Shown: positions 38,385-51,383, numbered from the stretch's first letter. The stretch: DNA of 64,000 bases from Felis catus (GCF_018350175.1 NC_058368.1:118546001-118610000); one strand, 5' to 3'. Made by a program: numbers and translations. The notes: a model not told the origin generated them from the sequence alone.

Positions 38385-38885
38385 TGGTGCAGGCTTTCAT
38401 TTGTGAGCCTGGTTTGCTAACAGATACCAGAAAATGGCTCAAGGCAAAAAAAAGATCATTTTTTGACTGATGCATCTTAAAATTCCAGGGGCAAACTTGG
38501 TCCGTTTTTGTTTCACTCTCAGGTAGCTTCACCCTCGGGTTGCATTTCTGCATGTGTGACCCAGCAACCACCCGCTCCTGGTGGCTCCAAGTTTGCATGA
38601 CATGACCCTCACAGCCAGCAGGACAGAGAGAAGACCAATTTCCCCCCACTCTAGTTGCAGTAAAAGTTTTGGAGTTGGGTTAAATGCCCAACCTTATCCA
38701 ACCATTGTGGCCAGGAAGGGGGAGGATAGAATACACTGATGGGCCGAATTTGGTTGTGTGGGCAGGAAGAGGGGGTTTCCACCTGGACTGACATTTAAAG
38801 AGGAGTGGTTCCCAAAAGGAGACTTGAGGTGCTGTCATCAGAAGGGAAAACGGATGTGGGGCAAGTGAAGACAAGGTCCAGTACA
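38385..38885 (-). mobile_element. Old MaLR LTR (MLT1K/L-like)
   Basis: caaccattgtggccaggaagggg...tggttcccaaaaggagacttgaggtgctg...ggatgtggggcaag. Confidence 0.5.
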
Positions 38886-40077
38886 ATAATAACTAGCTGA
38901 TAAAAGTCAGTGTATGTTGAGGATGGACAATGGAGAGAATGTGCCAGACAGTCTGAAGGAAGGAAAGAATGGGGGAGGGGGGATGAATGAAAGCAAGAGC
39001 AAAAGGAAACTAAACTAGCCTTCTTTTAGGACATGGAATTTTTTTATGAAACTTGCAAAAATGCGATTCTCTGAGTGCAACTTCAGATACCAATCCAATT
39101 TTCGTGAAATTGAAGATTCTAGAAGTTCTTTTCTTGAGGTGGTATTTTAAGTTTAAAGACTGAAGTATAGATGTACAAATAATTTTTTTCAGAGATAGGT
39201 ATTATTATGATACTTGGTATGACGGGGCTGTGTGTTTGATAGATATTTTAAGTAGAAGGAAAATAGCCCAAGTTCTGTTTCTCTTTAACTTGTGGGATTT
39301 GCAAGGGATGGTGGTAGGTAGTATATTGTAAATTCCTGATTATTTGGTGGGACAGAATAGCCATGGTTAAGAAAAAATAAAAATAACAATCTTATGAAGA
39401 AAAGAAATTGCAGAGGAAGGAAAGCATGGATATTTGAGAAAGTTCCAGTTTCCTGGAACTTGATAGTAGCCAATAGGTGCCACATAATATTTTCTGTGCC
39501 ATGGAGACCCCCCTCGCCCCCTTTCTAGTCCGACGTGTCCTTGCCTTACTGCAGTCCTGGATTAGCTGCTATCTACTGGGCTGAGGAGGCCCCAGGGTAT
39601 AAGTAATTAGCTGTACTGTGGGAAGCTTGAACAGGTTTAATCATATTTTTAAGCAAAAATCTATTTCTTCTAGGAGTCAGAGCTAGAGCACTTTTTTCTG
39701 TGCCTGCTTATTTTTAAAAACCGAAGCTGCTGATGATGTAAGTTGCTGACACCATTTGAACACTTGCTATGTATTCTTTGTACTAACAATGCCACATGTA
39801 TTATCTCATCCTGTGAGGATGAGGATAATTACCTTATCCTGTGAGGTAGGTACAATTATTCATATTGGTTTGCATTTGAGGAACCTGCAGCTCAGAGACG
39901 CCGTACCCTGAAATGGTTCAGTTCAGCACCAGGCTAGCCTGGGGGGAGATGGGAGAGCTCTCTGATGAGTGACATTTGAGATAGACACATGTCTGTGTCA
40001 TGTCGGGGAGAAAGTCATAGGAAGGAGCTGGCCTAAGGAGGATGTTACTTTCATTTCCCATTTGTGTGATACCTGAA

Positions 40078-40210
40078 GTTCGGGAGATCAAGCCCCGCGT
40101 CAGGCTCTGTGCTAATGGCACGGAGCCTGCTTGGGATTTTCTCTCTCCCTCTTTGTCTCTTTGCTCTTCCCTGCTTGCACTCTCTCAATAAAGAAACAAA
40201 CAACCTTAAG
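40078..40210 (+). mobile_element. 5'-truncated CanSINE
   Basis: gagatcaagccccgcgtcaggctctgtgct...gagcctgcttgggattttctctctccctc...aataaa. Confidence 0.85.
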
Positions 40211-40474
40211 ATACTAGGTAGTGATCTAGGGTTGTGATATCATTCGGTAGACAAGAAGAGAAAGGCAGACACAGCGAGGGGCCAGCTGACTGGGTAACCC
40301 GTCATTGGAAGGCCTGCTCCTTGTCAACATCTGTTGTCAAACCATTTGAAGAGAGGAGTTTACTCAGAGACAAATTATAGTCCTCTTCATATTTGAGGAA
40401 AAGAAAACTCATCGGAAGAGGGGATTGCTTTACAAGACTAATACCACTTTGGGACTTAATTCTTTTTCTTTTCA

Positions 40475-40894
40475 TTTCTTTTTTTTCTGAAAGATCAAAA
40501 AACTTTATTTTTTATTTAAAAATTTTTTTTAATTTTATTTTTTTCATTTACATCCAAATTAGTTAGCATATAGTGCAACAATGATTTCAGGAGTAGATTC
40601 CTTAATGCCCCTTACCCATTTAGCCCATCCCCCCTCCCACTACCCTCCATAACCCTCTGTTTGTTTTCCATATTTAAGAGTCTCTTATGTTTTGTCCCCC
40701 TCCCTGTTTTTATATTATTTTTGCTTCCCTTCCCTTAGGTTCATCTGTTCTGTGTCTTAAAGTCCTCATATAAGTAAAATCATATGATATTTGTCTTTCT
40801 TTGACTAATTTTGCTTAGGATAATACCCTCCAGTTCCATCCACATAGTTGCAAATGGCAAGATTTCATTCTTTTTGATTGCTGAATAATATTCC

Positions 40895-40936
<42 letters not shown>

Positions 40937-41935
40937 CATAACACATCTTCTTTATCCATTCATCCATCGATGGACATTTGGGCTCTTTCCATACCTTGGC
41001 TATTGTCGATAGTGCTGCTGTAAACATGGAGGTGCACGTGTCCCTTCAAAACAGTACACCTGTATCCCTTGGATAAATGCCTGGTAGTGCAATTGCGGGG
41101 TTGTAGGGTAGTTCTGTTTTTAATTTTTTGAGGAACCTCCATACTGTTTTCCAGAGTGGCTGCACCAGCTTGCATTGCCACCAACAATGCAAAAGAGATC
41201 CTTTCTCTGCATCCTCGCCAACATCTGTTGTGGCCTGAGTTGTTAATGTTAGCCATTCTGACAGGTGTGAGGTGGTATCTCATTGTGGTTTTGATTTGTA
41301 TTTCCCTGATGATGAGTGATGTTGAGCATTTTTCATGTGTCGTTTGGCCATCTGGATGCCTTCTTTGGAGAAGTGTCTATACATGTCTTTTGCCCATTTC
41401 TTCACTGGATTCTTTGTGTTTTGGGTGTTGAGTTTCATACGTTCTTTATAGATTCTAATCATTTATCTGATATATTATTTGCAAATATCTTCTTCCATTT
41501 TGTTTGTTGCCTTTTAGTTTTGCTGCTTGTTTCCCTCGCTGTGCAGAAGCTTTTTATTTTGATGATGTCCCAATAGTTCATTTTTGCTTTTGTTTCCCTT
41601 GTCTCTGGAGACATGTTGAGTAAGAAGTTGCTGCGGCCAAGATCAAACAGGTTGTTGCCTGCTATCTCCTTGAAGATTTTGATGGCTTCCTGTCTTACAT
41701 TTAGGTCTTTCATCCATTTTGAGTTTATTTTTGTCCATGGTGTAAGAAAGTGGTCCAGGTTGATTCTTCCGCCTGTCGCTGTGCAGTTTTCCCAGCACCA
41801 CTTGCTGAAGAGACTGTCTGTATTCCGTTGCATATTCTTTCTTGCTTTGTCAAAGATTAGTGGGCCATATGTTTGTGGGTCCATTTCTGGGTTCTCTATT
41901 CTGTCCTGTTGATCTGAGTGTCTGTTGCTGTGCCA
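40475..41935 (-). mobile_element. 5'-truncated carnivore/felid L1 (~1.46 kb), ORF2 C-terminus plus 3'UTR, disrupted
   Basis: ORF2 peptides [86 protein letters not shown] at 40461-40474 and 41936-41949; internal (TG)n at 40897-40933. Confidence 0.97.
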
Positions 41936-42331
41936 TCTTTTTCTTTTCAGATGAAGTCTTGACCCCAAACCTTTGTGTTACATTGTTTTTTCCCTTTTTT
42001 TATATAATGTTGTAAAAATGGTAAATATTTCTGTATATCGGGTGTAAGGTTATCCCAGTAGATTTTCTTCCATTTATTACCATATTTTAGTGTAAGTTTT
42101 CAGTGTTACTAAGGGTAGATTTGGGTTGCTTGAAGGTAGTACTACCCCACCCCTTTCACTGCAGTCAGTTTAGAGTTACCTGCCGGTTGAAAACAGACCC
42201 TTACAGCACAGAGTGGGTAAGAATGGTTGCAGGGCATGCAGATGTGGTTGTTGATTGTAGCTTTGTTGAGAAAGCTAGTAAATACAGGTCTGTGGGTGGG
42301 TAGTTAAAAAGGAATTGCTCAAACTGCCTTC

Positions 42332-42536
42332 TTTTTTTTGTAATTTAAAGTTTAGTTACCATGTGGTGCACTCTTGGTTTCAGAAGTAAAATTCAGTGAT
42401 TCATCATTTCTGTACAACACCTGGTGCTCATCACAAGTGCCTTCCTTAGCACCCATCACCCATCTAGCCCACCCCCCCCCCCACCTCCTTCCATCAACCC
42501 TCAGTTTGTTCTCTATCATTAAGAGTCTCTTGTGGA
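42332..42536 (-). mobile_element. Short carnivore L1 3' end
   Basis: ggtttcagaagtaaaattcagtgattcatc...ctggtgctcatcacaagtgccttccttag...aaccctcagtttgttctctat...aagagtctctt. Confidence 0.88.
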
Positions 42537-44737
42537 TATGGCCCCTTCGTTAGGAGTGTCCGTACAGTAGAATACTGTGCAGTGCTTTTCTGTGTAGCGG
42601 CCTGGCCTGCATGGGCAGGAAAAGCACTGTGATAGTCGTGACATCAAAAACTTTTTGGGCTGTATGGTTTCAGTTGAATCGGTACAAGGACGTTTATGAG
42701 GTATATACATGTGTTCTTCCCAGGAGTGTACAGAGAATTCCCTCTCTATAGATGATACTCAAGAGTCTACCAGTTGAAACCTTGTGGGAGAGACTAGAGG
42801 GCCTTGGTTTGCCTTTTTTATTTTTCTGTGCGGTTTGATTTTACCCCATTGCACCAGTACTGAAAATAACATTTGTTGGCTCTGAATGAATACAAGTGAG
42901 ATTTAAATAATAAAAGGAGCCCCTTTGCGCCCCCTAAGGCAGTGTGCTTCTGAGGGGCTAGGTCTGTCACCAAAGGCCCAGGGCACCTCCTTCTCAGTCC
43001 TTCCTCCAGGCTTTATGAAACTACACTTAATTATAAAGGGGATGTTCACAAGTAGGTCAGCAACACAACCCAAAAAGACTCTCTTGGTTTTTTGGGGTGG
43101 TGGTGGGGAGAGTGCCAGCAGAGGATGTGAAGTTGTCTTCTTTGATCTTCCTTTGCTTTTTGTGTTGGCGGCTAGTTCCCAGTCCTTGCTCCTCTCCTTC
43201 TCCACACACGTTTTGAAGAGATTATTTTAGACAAGGCAGTGACCTCACGTTTTTAGCTTTTGCCTTCTGTATTTTTACGGCCTGTTTTTCTAGTTCACTT
43301 ATTATCTTATTTTCTATTTGATTAGTTGCATCGAATTTTACATCTAGTGTTTGATTATGACCCTTACTGCTCTGGTCTTGTTGGGTGTGCAGGTCTGATT
43401 TTGTCATTGCCTTCCTCTCCTGCCCGAGCTCCTCTCTTATCTCAGTCCTCCCATGGGTCTTTCTGAATATCTGCATAATTCAGTATCACTGACCCAAATT
43501 CCCAGGTTTTTCTTGATGTCCCTGATTACAGTATCTGAAACGGTGTAACCATGAACTGCTGTACAGGGAAGGGTTCTGGTCCTTCACGTTGTCTTGTCCT
43601 CCTGACCCCTCAGTCTTGGGTGGATGATGCCCCTCCACTCCTTGTCAGTGTTTGAGAATTGGAAGCAAGAGTCCTTTTTGCATTGGTTATTCACGGACGT
43701 CGATGATTTCATACACAAGGATGGCTTAATGTTTTGTTTTTTAGAGGCAGTAACTTTATATACTGATGTAACATTTACCCAGTATTTTTTCTAAACACGT
43801 GCTCATGTAATGTGGTAAGAGCTGCTATTGCTGTTGCCCTTTGTGGATGGGGAAGCTGTTCCTCCTCTGGAATTCAGGCCTGACTGCAGGGCCCCAGATC
43901 TGTGCTTTTCATATCCACACGGCGGCCCCACCTTCCTACTGCTCGAGGAATTTGGCAGGCTCATCTTCAGGAAACTGGTACATCTTTTTGGCAATAAATT
44001 TTTCTCGGCTGTGTGCCACCCCTGTGTCATTTTCCGCTTTTGTTCCTCTCTCCCGCTTACCCTGGCTGCTTGAGGCCCGATCCTTTCTTGAGCCCTTCTG
44101 TTCAGTTTTGCCGGCTCTCCTCCCCCGCCTCGTCCCCATTCTCTTGCTCCTCGTTTCACCTGAAGGGCTCTTTCCATTCAGTCCTGACTTGCCTTGCTTA
44201 AGACCCAGCACCAGACTCTCCTCTTGCTTGAAGTTCTGGCCTGACCATTCCCAGGCTCCATTACCCCTTGGCACAGTTATCGAAGATCCCTTCTGAGATC
44301 CTGGGTGGGAAGCGGAGGGGAAGCAGTTTTGTAACGAAAATGGTGACGAAGTGAGCCAGGAAATTTGGTGTGTAGTCTACGGGTGCCAGCGAATTGCACG
44401 GCCTTGGAAATGTTGCTTGCCTCCTCTGGGCCTGCGATTCTGCTGCTATCAAATGAAAGAGGGGAGACCAGAGGTGAGCCTCTAGGTCATCGGTTTTCAA
44501 ATCCTGTAAGAAACCTCTGGGAACCTGTGGTTGTTGACGTGGAGAGAAGGGTTTCTCCCAGCTTCTCCCAGAGCTGCCTGACTTTGTTTTTCGTGTACTG
44601 AGGTTTCACATTTGATTGATTGATGGATTGATAGATTTTTGATAAAAAGGATTCTCTACTAATAGTTAGAAACCCAGCAGATTAGATGATCCTAGTATGA
44701 TCACTCTGTCTTACACACAACTCGTTACTCAAGAAGG

Positions 44738-44950
44738 TTTTTTTTAATCTTTTAATGTTTACTGTATCTTTTTGAGAGAGACAGAGCATGAGCGGGGGGA
44801 AGTATGGAGAGAGGAGACACAGAATCTGAAGCAGGCTCCAGGCACCAAGGTTTCAGCTCAGAGCCCAATGTAGGGCTCGAACTCACAGGCCGTGAGATCA
44901 TGACCCGAGCTGAAATCGGACTCTTAACCGAAGGAGCCACACAGGCACCT
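44738..44950 (-). mobile_element. CanSINE
   Basis: Antisense body; TSD ctcaagaa. Confidence 0.92.
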
Positions 44951-45570
44951 CTCTCAAGAAATATTTTTCATTTGACTTGGCTTTGTTCTTCAGATGGTTC
45001 CTACGTGTGCAGTCTCCCTAAAGGATTCCGTAGGATATGTGGAACTCTAGTCTTTGTGTCATGGATCACCTGGATGGTATTAAGAAAGCATAACAAAATT
45101 ACTTGAGGCGCATGTGTTTATGTTAAAGGAATACAGCTATTAAGCTTTCTCTGAAAAACATGGATACAGTGTGGCCTCCAAATGCAAGCAACTGTGTTCA
45201 CTCGGTGCTCATTTAAAGGAACCAGCACATCAGCGAGACGCCCTCTGTGACACTTCATGGCATACAGACAGTACAGTTTAAATGGAACGAAGTACCTGGC
45301 GCTGCATGCTCAGCTTAAGGGCTTTCGGGAGAGATTCTCACTCAATTTGGGTTTTGCTTTAAATGTTAGGTTTATAACCTTACACCTAGTTAAGATTGGC
45401 CGTATCACCATATTCCATTTCACTTCATTAGAAGTTTTTCCTCATGAAGGATTCTGCAGATTTTTATCACTTGGTAATGATTTCATAAAACTATTTTACT
45501 CCTTAAAATCATTAAAAAAAATCTTCTTCCAATAGGAATATTTCAAAAGCATTTAGAAAGCCCCTCCTGT

Positions 45571-45740
45571 GGGGCACCTGGGTGGCTTGTTGGTTGAGCG
45601 TCCAACTCTTGATTTTGGCTCAGGTCGCGCATGATCTCACAGATTTGTGAGTTCAAGCCCCCACATTGGGCTTGGCGCTGACAGTGCTGCCCACCCGCAC
45701 CCCCAAATAAATAAATGAACTTCAAAGAAATTTTTTTAAA
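45571..45740 (+). mobile_element. CanSINE with internal deletion
   Basis: ggggcacctgggtggct head; CT-rich middle missing; aaataaataaatgaac tail. Confidence 0.88.
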
Positions 45741-45869
45741 GAGCACTTTCTTTAAGGAAATTGTAAGTTGATAAATAGGTGAAATGATGTCAGAGTAGCA
45801 GTCTGTGCACAGCAGCTTTTGCCTCCGAGAGGCAGGAACTCTTTTGACTGAGAAAAGGCTAGATTCTCT

Positions 45870-46083
45870 TTAAAAAATTTTTTTAATGTTTATTTTTGAG
45901 GGAGAGTGAGACAGAGAATGAATGGGGGAGGGGCAGAGAGAAAGGGAGACTCAGAATCCGAAGCAGGCTCCAGGCTCTGAGCTCTCAGCACAGAGCCCGA
46001 CACAGGGCTCGAACTCAGGGACCGTGAGATCATGACCTGAGCCGAAGTTGGACACCCAACCGACTGAGCCACCCAGGCGCCCC
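45870..46083 (-). mobile_element. CanSINE
   Basis: TSD aaaggctag(a/c)ttctctt. Confidence 0.95.
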
Positions 46084-46599
46084 AAAGGCTAGCTTCTCTT
46101 GGTCTGGCCTTTTGCTGACCTGGAAAGTACCCCAAGGATAAGGCCTCAGGAAAGCCAGTACATTGCGCCCAGTCATTATTACTACCTATTTTATTGTCTC
46201 CTATGAAGTTGTTCATGTCCATCCCTAATAAGTGTACCCATTCAACATCAATTCAGCCAAGGAAGGAAAGCATTCCCAGTAAGACTGTGTACTGAAAAAT
46301 GCAGAGCTCATAAGATAGACTGCCAGGGAAAGATATTTTTTATATGCCAGAAATATAAATTGAGACCTTACTAAGCTAGATTGGAAAGAGAGTTCTAAAG
46401 AGACATCTGGTTCCCTGTAGGTGGAATTTAAACTCTTAAAAACAAGCAGACCAACTTAAATAGTGTGTCAACTACAGAAAATTTAGATTCTAAACCTGAT
46501 GACTCATGCTTTTCTTTGTTTGGCATCATTCTCAGGTAGGTGCTCCTCATTGTGTCACGGATAGGTCCCTGTAAACAGCAGCTCCTGGTTTACACACTA

Positions 46600-46883
46600 C
46601 CCACTGAGCGCCCTCAGTGTGGAAGGGTATGTCTCTTTCCTAAGAGCTCCAGCGAAAGTCCTGCAACTGTCTGTTTCATTGGCTCGCACCAGGTTCCAGG
46701 TAACTCCCTGAAGTGGTCGCTGTGACTGATGGACCACATGTGAGTCATACCCTAGCCCAGGAGTTGGCTCCACCTGACCACATAGAGATAAGGGAAGAGG
46801 TAGTTCCCCAAAGGAGAACTGCGTGTTAACAGTAGAAAGGGGACCCAATCCCGGGCAAGCACAAGCAACAGATGTTCCTCACA
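46600..46883 (-). mobile_element. Old MaLR LTR fragment (MLT1K/L-like)
   Basis: ctccagcgaaagtcctg...ttcattggct...ggtagttccccaaaggagaact...aacagatgttcctcaca. Confidence 0.5.
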
Positions 46884-48467
46884 ATGCACGATTGAAAGGG
46901 GCCGTATAGACCAGCTTTAGAGGGGACTGTTGGGGGTGAAGGGTAAAGAAATTTATATAAAAGTGACACTTCAGCCCTGGGTTCTTAAGATTATGGTTTT
47001 GCTTGATTTAGGACCTGCCCCTTTTATTCTGTGGCTTTGCTGGGCCAATCAAGAGAACTTCACACAGGCAGTCAACATTGGGTTATGGGTACACACAGAG
47101 AGTCATCAGTTACCTTGATTTTGCAAAGAAAGAAGGCAGAGGAAGAATACTGTTTGGATTTCTTGATTTGTTGCAAAAGCACGTAGAAAGATGGCAAATT
47201 TTTGTTGGACTGACTTGAGTAGAGGTCATGGGGGCTGCCACAGGTCAGCCCAGATAGAGTTTTTTCCCTGTGATATCATCATATTTGGACATTTGCCTCA
47301 GGTCTTTGTGCTGAACCCTACAGTTTGCTGGGTGCCAGTCAACCTTTGTGTCCTTGACTTTATCCATTTGTCAGAGCCTGATGTGGCTGCCTTGAGAAGT
47401 TGCTAGCCTTCTCCTGGTTAGGAAAGAAAATGAAAGGTGGTAGGGAAAGGCAGCAGAAACATTTCTCACTTTGCCTCTTCAAAGACAGATCTGTTGCCCT
47501 CCCTTGACCGCAAAAATTCACTGAGGAAGTGGATGAGTCAGAGATGCACTACGGTGGACGTTAGCACAGTTGAGTGAGTCTCTGGTGTCTTCAGTATTTT
47601 TTTCTTTTTAAACTGGTACTGCTTTCCTTCCAGAGTAAATTCACCAGTGTGAACAACATGAGCAGTACCTTGAAAGGTTTCCTCAGCCCCATGGCTGGGG
47701 AGGTTGATAGATTACCCACAGAGGCACAGGAACGTGACCTGGTTCTTCTCAACTGCTCCAACTTTATTTTCAATGACTCTGACATCTTCAAAATATTTTC
47801 CATTTTGTTCCTGGGTTCTTGCAGGCTTTCTCCTAACGAGCGCGTTCAGTCTGAAGAATTTCCTTTTTGTATTAATTGGGTCAGGGTCAGGTTTTGTCTC
47901 CTCAGTCTTAGGTGTATTGAGAGGGGTTGTAGGACATGCCTGGGGCTTCAAAGTCATCTGTGAGACGTCCTGGTCAATGGATACCTCTGCCTTCAGCAGT
48001 GCCACTCCAAATTTGTTTTCCCTTTTCTTCACCTCTCTTTCTTTCCAGTGATGAGGAGGTATGAGATAATGTCTGAGAAACGCTTGATTCCCTTTGGAGA
48101 AAGGTGCGCTGTCCATTTATTTGTATCCCCATCTACTGGCTAGAGTTAACCATTGGCCACTGCAACATTGATCTAAGCTCTTCAGACTCAAAATGGAAAT
48201 ACCAGTAGAGAATGATGACCAAGAGTGTGATCTGATCAAACAACCTGGGGTTGAATTCAGGCCTCATTTCATACTATTGACTAATCTTGGCTCCAGATCC
48301 TTACTGGTTAAGTGGGGTAATTTTAACAGCGACTTTAGAGTTCTTGGTATGTACAGTTAAATGAGATAATCCACCAAAATCACCTGGCACAGTACTTGCC
48401 ACATAGTAAACACCCAGTAAATGTCATTATAATCTTATTACTGGAGCTTTATATCAAGAAGGGAATT

Positions 48468-48626
48468 TGGGGTGCCTGTGTGCCTCTTGATTTCACTTGA
48501 GTTCATGCATTGGGCTCTTTGCCGAGCCAGGAGCCTGCTTGGGATTTTCTCTGTCCGTCTTGTGCTCACCCGTACTCTCTCTTTCTCACTCTCTCTCTCA
48601 AAATAAATAAATGAACATTAAAATAA
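48468..48626 (+). mobile_element. Degenerate CanSINE
   Basis: ggggtgcctg...gagcctgcttgggattttctct...ctctctctcaaaataaataaatgaacattaaaa. Confidence 0.8.
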
Positions 48627-49849
48627 AGGGGATGGGGGAGTACAAAGAGGTATAATGTATGTGGTATAATGGCCAGCCTTGTTTTACCAGTCAGCTTTGT
48701 CAAATCTCAGTCCTTTACCACATTTCTTCTGTTTTGTTTTTTGTTTTTTGGGTTTTTTTTTTTAGAAAATTAAAGCATTGCAGATTGAAGTCCTCCCATA
48801 ATGCAATGTATGGTGAAGGAAAAGGGAGGGGAGACTATTGAAAATAAAGGTGACTTCAGACACCTAACCAAATCTAAAGTGTGCACCTGGGTTGGACCCT
48901 CATTTGAACAAACTAATTTCAGTGTGGATACTCTGATGATATTAAGGAATCATCATTAAATTTGTTAGGTATCATAATAATTTTCTTCCATAAAATAACA
49001 TTATTTTGATAAAAATAACATTGACTTAAAGAAAGATGGGGATTTATAAGACAGAAATTTTTCCTTATGTTTTCTCCCCTTTCTCCTTAATAAATGACAG
49101 TTATCTTGGCAAATTCAACTGGGAATTGTTTCTCATCTCCTTCCTTCCTCTCTCAGGTGTACTAAGTTCTGAAGTCCCAGCTGGTGTCTGAGATTTGCTC
49201 TCCCTCACCTCCATTTGTGTCTCCAGCTGGAACAAGTCTGCTCAGAAAGCAGATTATTTCCTTCAGGGAACCGTGGTGCATCCAGAGGATACTGGGCATA
49301 TTCCTTTGGACTCCTTGATTTCACTTAGGAATTGACCCATATGGATGGATCTGTTGAGGACCAAGTATACCGCTGATAGGCTGCCTTATCAAGCCCTGTA
49401 GCAGGAAACAGCAGGGGTAGACTGACAGTTTTTAAAATATTTTAAAATTTCTTCTGTACATAATCAAAGGGAAAAGGACTATTCAGGGGCAGAGTGTATG
49501 AATTATATTCAGGCTGCATTGTTTATAAACAGAGCAAGGAAGGTATCTGTGTGAAAATGAAGGGAAAGTGACCTACTGTGAGCCCAATCCTAAGAGATAA
49601 TCCCATATGAAGTTAACTCTCCTCAGTCACTCTTGCAGGCACTTAGGGAAGGGAGGGAGAGGTGTGGGAAGTACAGACAGTACTCTGCCTATTATAAATG
49701 TGTTTCGAGCAGCTAGAAACTGGAGAGTAAGGTTTCCTGGAGAGGAATGTCAGCTGGGTAGATCGTGCTGTATTGTCACTTTGAAGCCAAATTTATAAAT
49801 ACATAACCATTAAGATGGGGTAGAGACTGTTTCCTAGAAAGCTCCCAAG

Positions 49850-50740
49850 TGCAGTCAGTCAGTCATACACCTCCTTCCCTCCCCCACTGTCCAGGTAATT
49901 GATATTCTGACTCACATCACCACTGAGTAGTTTTCCTGTTGTTCAACTTTATGTAAGTGGAATCATAGGGATGTACTCTTTTTCATGGCTTCTTTCCCTC
50001 AATCTAATGTCTGTGAGATTCTCCATGCTTGCATATATAGAGCAGTAGTTTTTTATTGATCTAAAGCATTCATTGTAGGAAATATATCACAACTTTTTCA
50101 TGCTTTTATTGATGTACATTGGGTTGTTTTAAAATTTGAGCTATCATGAGTAAAGCCTCTAGGAATATTCTCCTACATGTCTTTGGCCATAAGCACCTAT
50201 TTCTCTTGAGGGTATTGCTACGAGTGGGATTGATGGACCATAGGGTAGATGTACATTTACCTTAGTAGATACTGCCAAATACTCTTGCAAAATGGTTGTA
50301 TCAATTTCCATACGTACCATTAATGTATGGATGTTCTAATTGTTCCACATTCTCATCTGTACTTGGAATTGACCATATTTTTTTTAAGTTTATTTATTTT
50401 GAGAGAGCAAGTAGGGGAGGGACAGAGAGAGAGGGAGAGAGAGAACCCCAAGCAGGCTTCACACTGTCAGTGTGGAGCCTGATGCGGGGCTCAAACTCAA
50501 GAACCATGAGATCATGACCTGAGCTGAAACCCAAGAGTCAGTCGCTTAACCAACTGAGCCACCCAGGTGCCCAGAATTGTCCATATTTTTCACTGTGGCC
50601 ATTCTGGTGTGTGTAGGTTAGGTTCTCACTTGGTGCGGATTTGCCTTTCCTTGATGATTTATCATGTGGACACCATTTGGATATCTTCTTTTGATGAATG
50701 GCTATGCCATCTTTGGGCCATTTTTTCAGTGCAAGCTTGA
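49850..50740 (-). mobile_element. Ancient L1 fragment interrupted by a SINE
   Basis: aactttatgtaagtggaatcata...tgtctgtgagattc...tagatactgccaaat...ggccattctggtgtgtgtagg. Confidence 0.78.
50378..50573 (-). mobile_element. CanSINE inside the L1
   Basis: TSD gaattg(a/t)ccatattttt. Confidence 0.94.
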
Positions 50741-50819
50741 CTTTTTGATAAAGGCGATATGAATGTAAAGAGTCATTATGAAGAGAAAACTGCCGACAGG
50801 CTACATGTGGAGACAGTAC

Positions 50820-51040
50820 CACCTGGTTAGTGATAAAAGGCATGGGTGTGCATGTCTGACACCATGAGTTCCAGTCTCAGCCTCACTATTTGCTAGTTAG
50901 ATACTTAAGTTTTTAAGCCTATTTTCTCACTCTAAAACGTGGTTGACAACAGTACCTATCTCACCGATATGTGGGAGGTTAAATGAGAAAGGTGTCACAA
51001 CGCAGTGCCTGATGCATTGGTAAGTGGTCAATAAATATCA
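50820..51040 (+). mobile_element. MIR
   Basis: cctcactatttgctagt...acaacagtacctatctc...ggttaaatgaga...cagtgcctg...caataaat. Confidence 0.7.
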
Positions 51041-51383
51041 TAAATGAAGAGCTATGCTTGTGGTGGTGGTGAGGAAGAGGAAGGAGAGACTTCTTTTGGA
51101 GTGTGGGGTGTTACAAGTGAGCAGAGTCACCTTTAGCACTCAAGTAGTTCACCAACTCCTTTCTCCCACTCCATTTGTGTGGCCAAGCTCTTAATTGTCC
51201 CACTGCCCATTCGTGCACTGACCTGTCCCAGCTACCCATGGTGTGGGTCCATGCACCATGGCCCTCATTCATTGGATGACTCAGCTCCTGGACTTCTCAT
51301 TCCAACTCTGACCCAACCTTTTTATTTTTTATTTTTCTTCCACTTTCGGTAAGGTAGGTAATGTGCATTTATTAAGCACCTAC

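Noticed and set aside
40815..41968. L1 ORF2 ORFs as an active element
   Set aside because: 5'-truncated, frameshifted into several pieces and interrupted by a microsatellite
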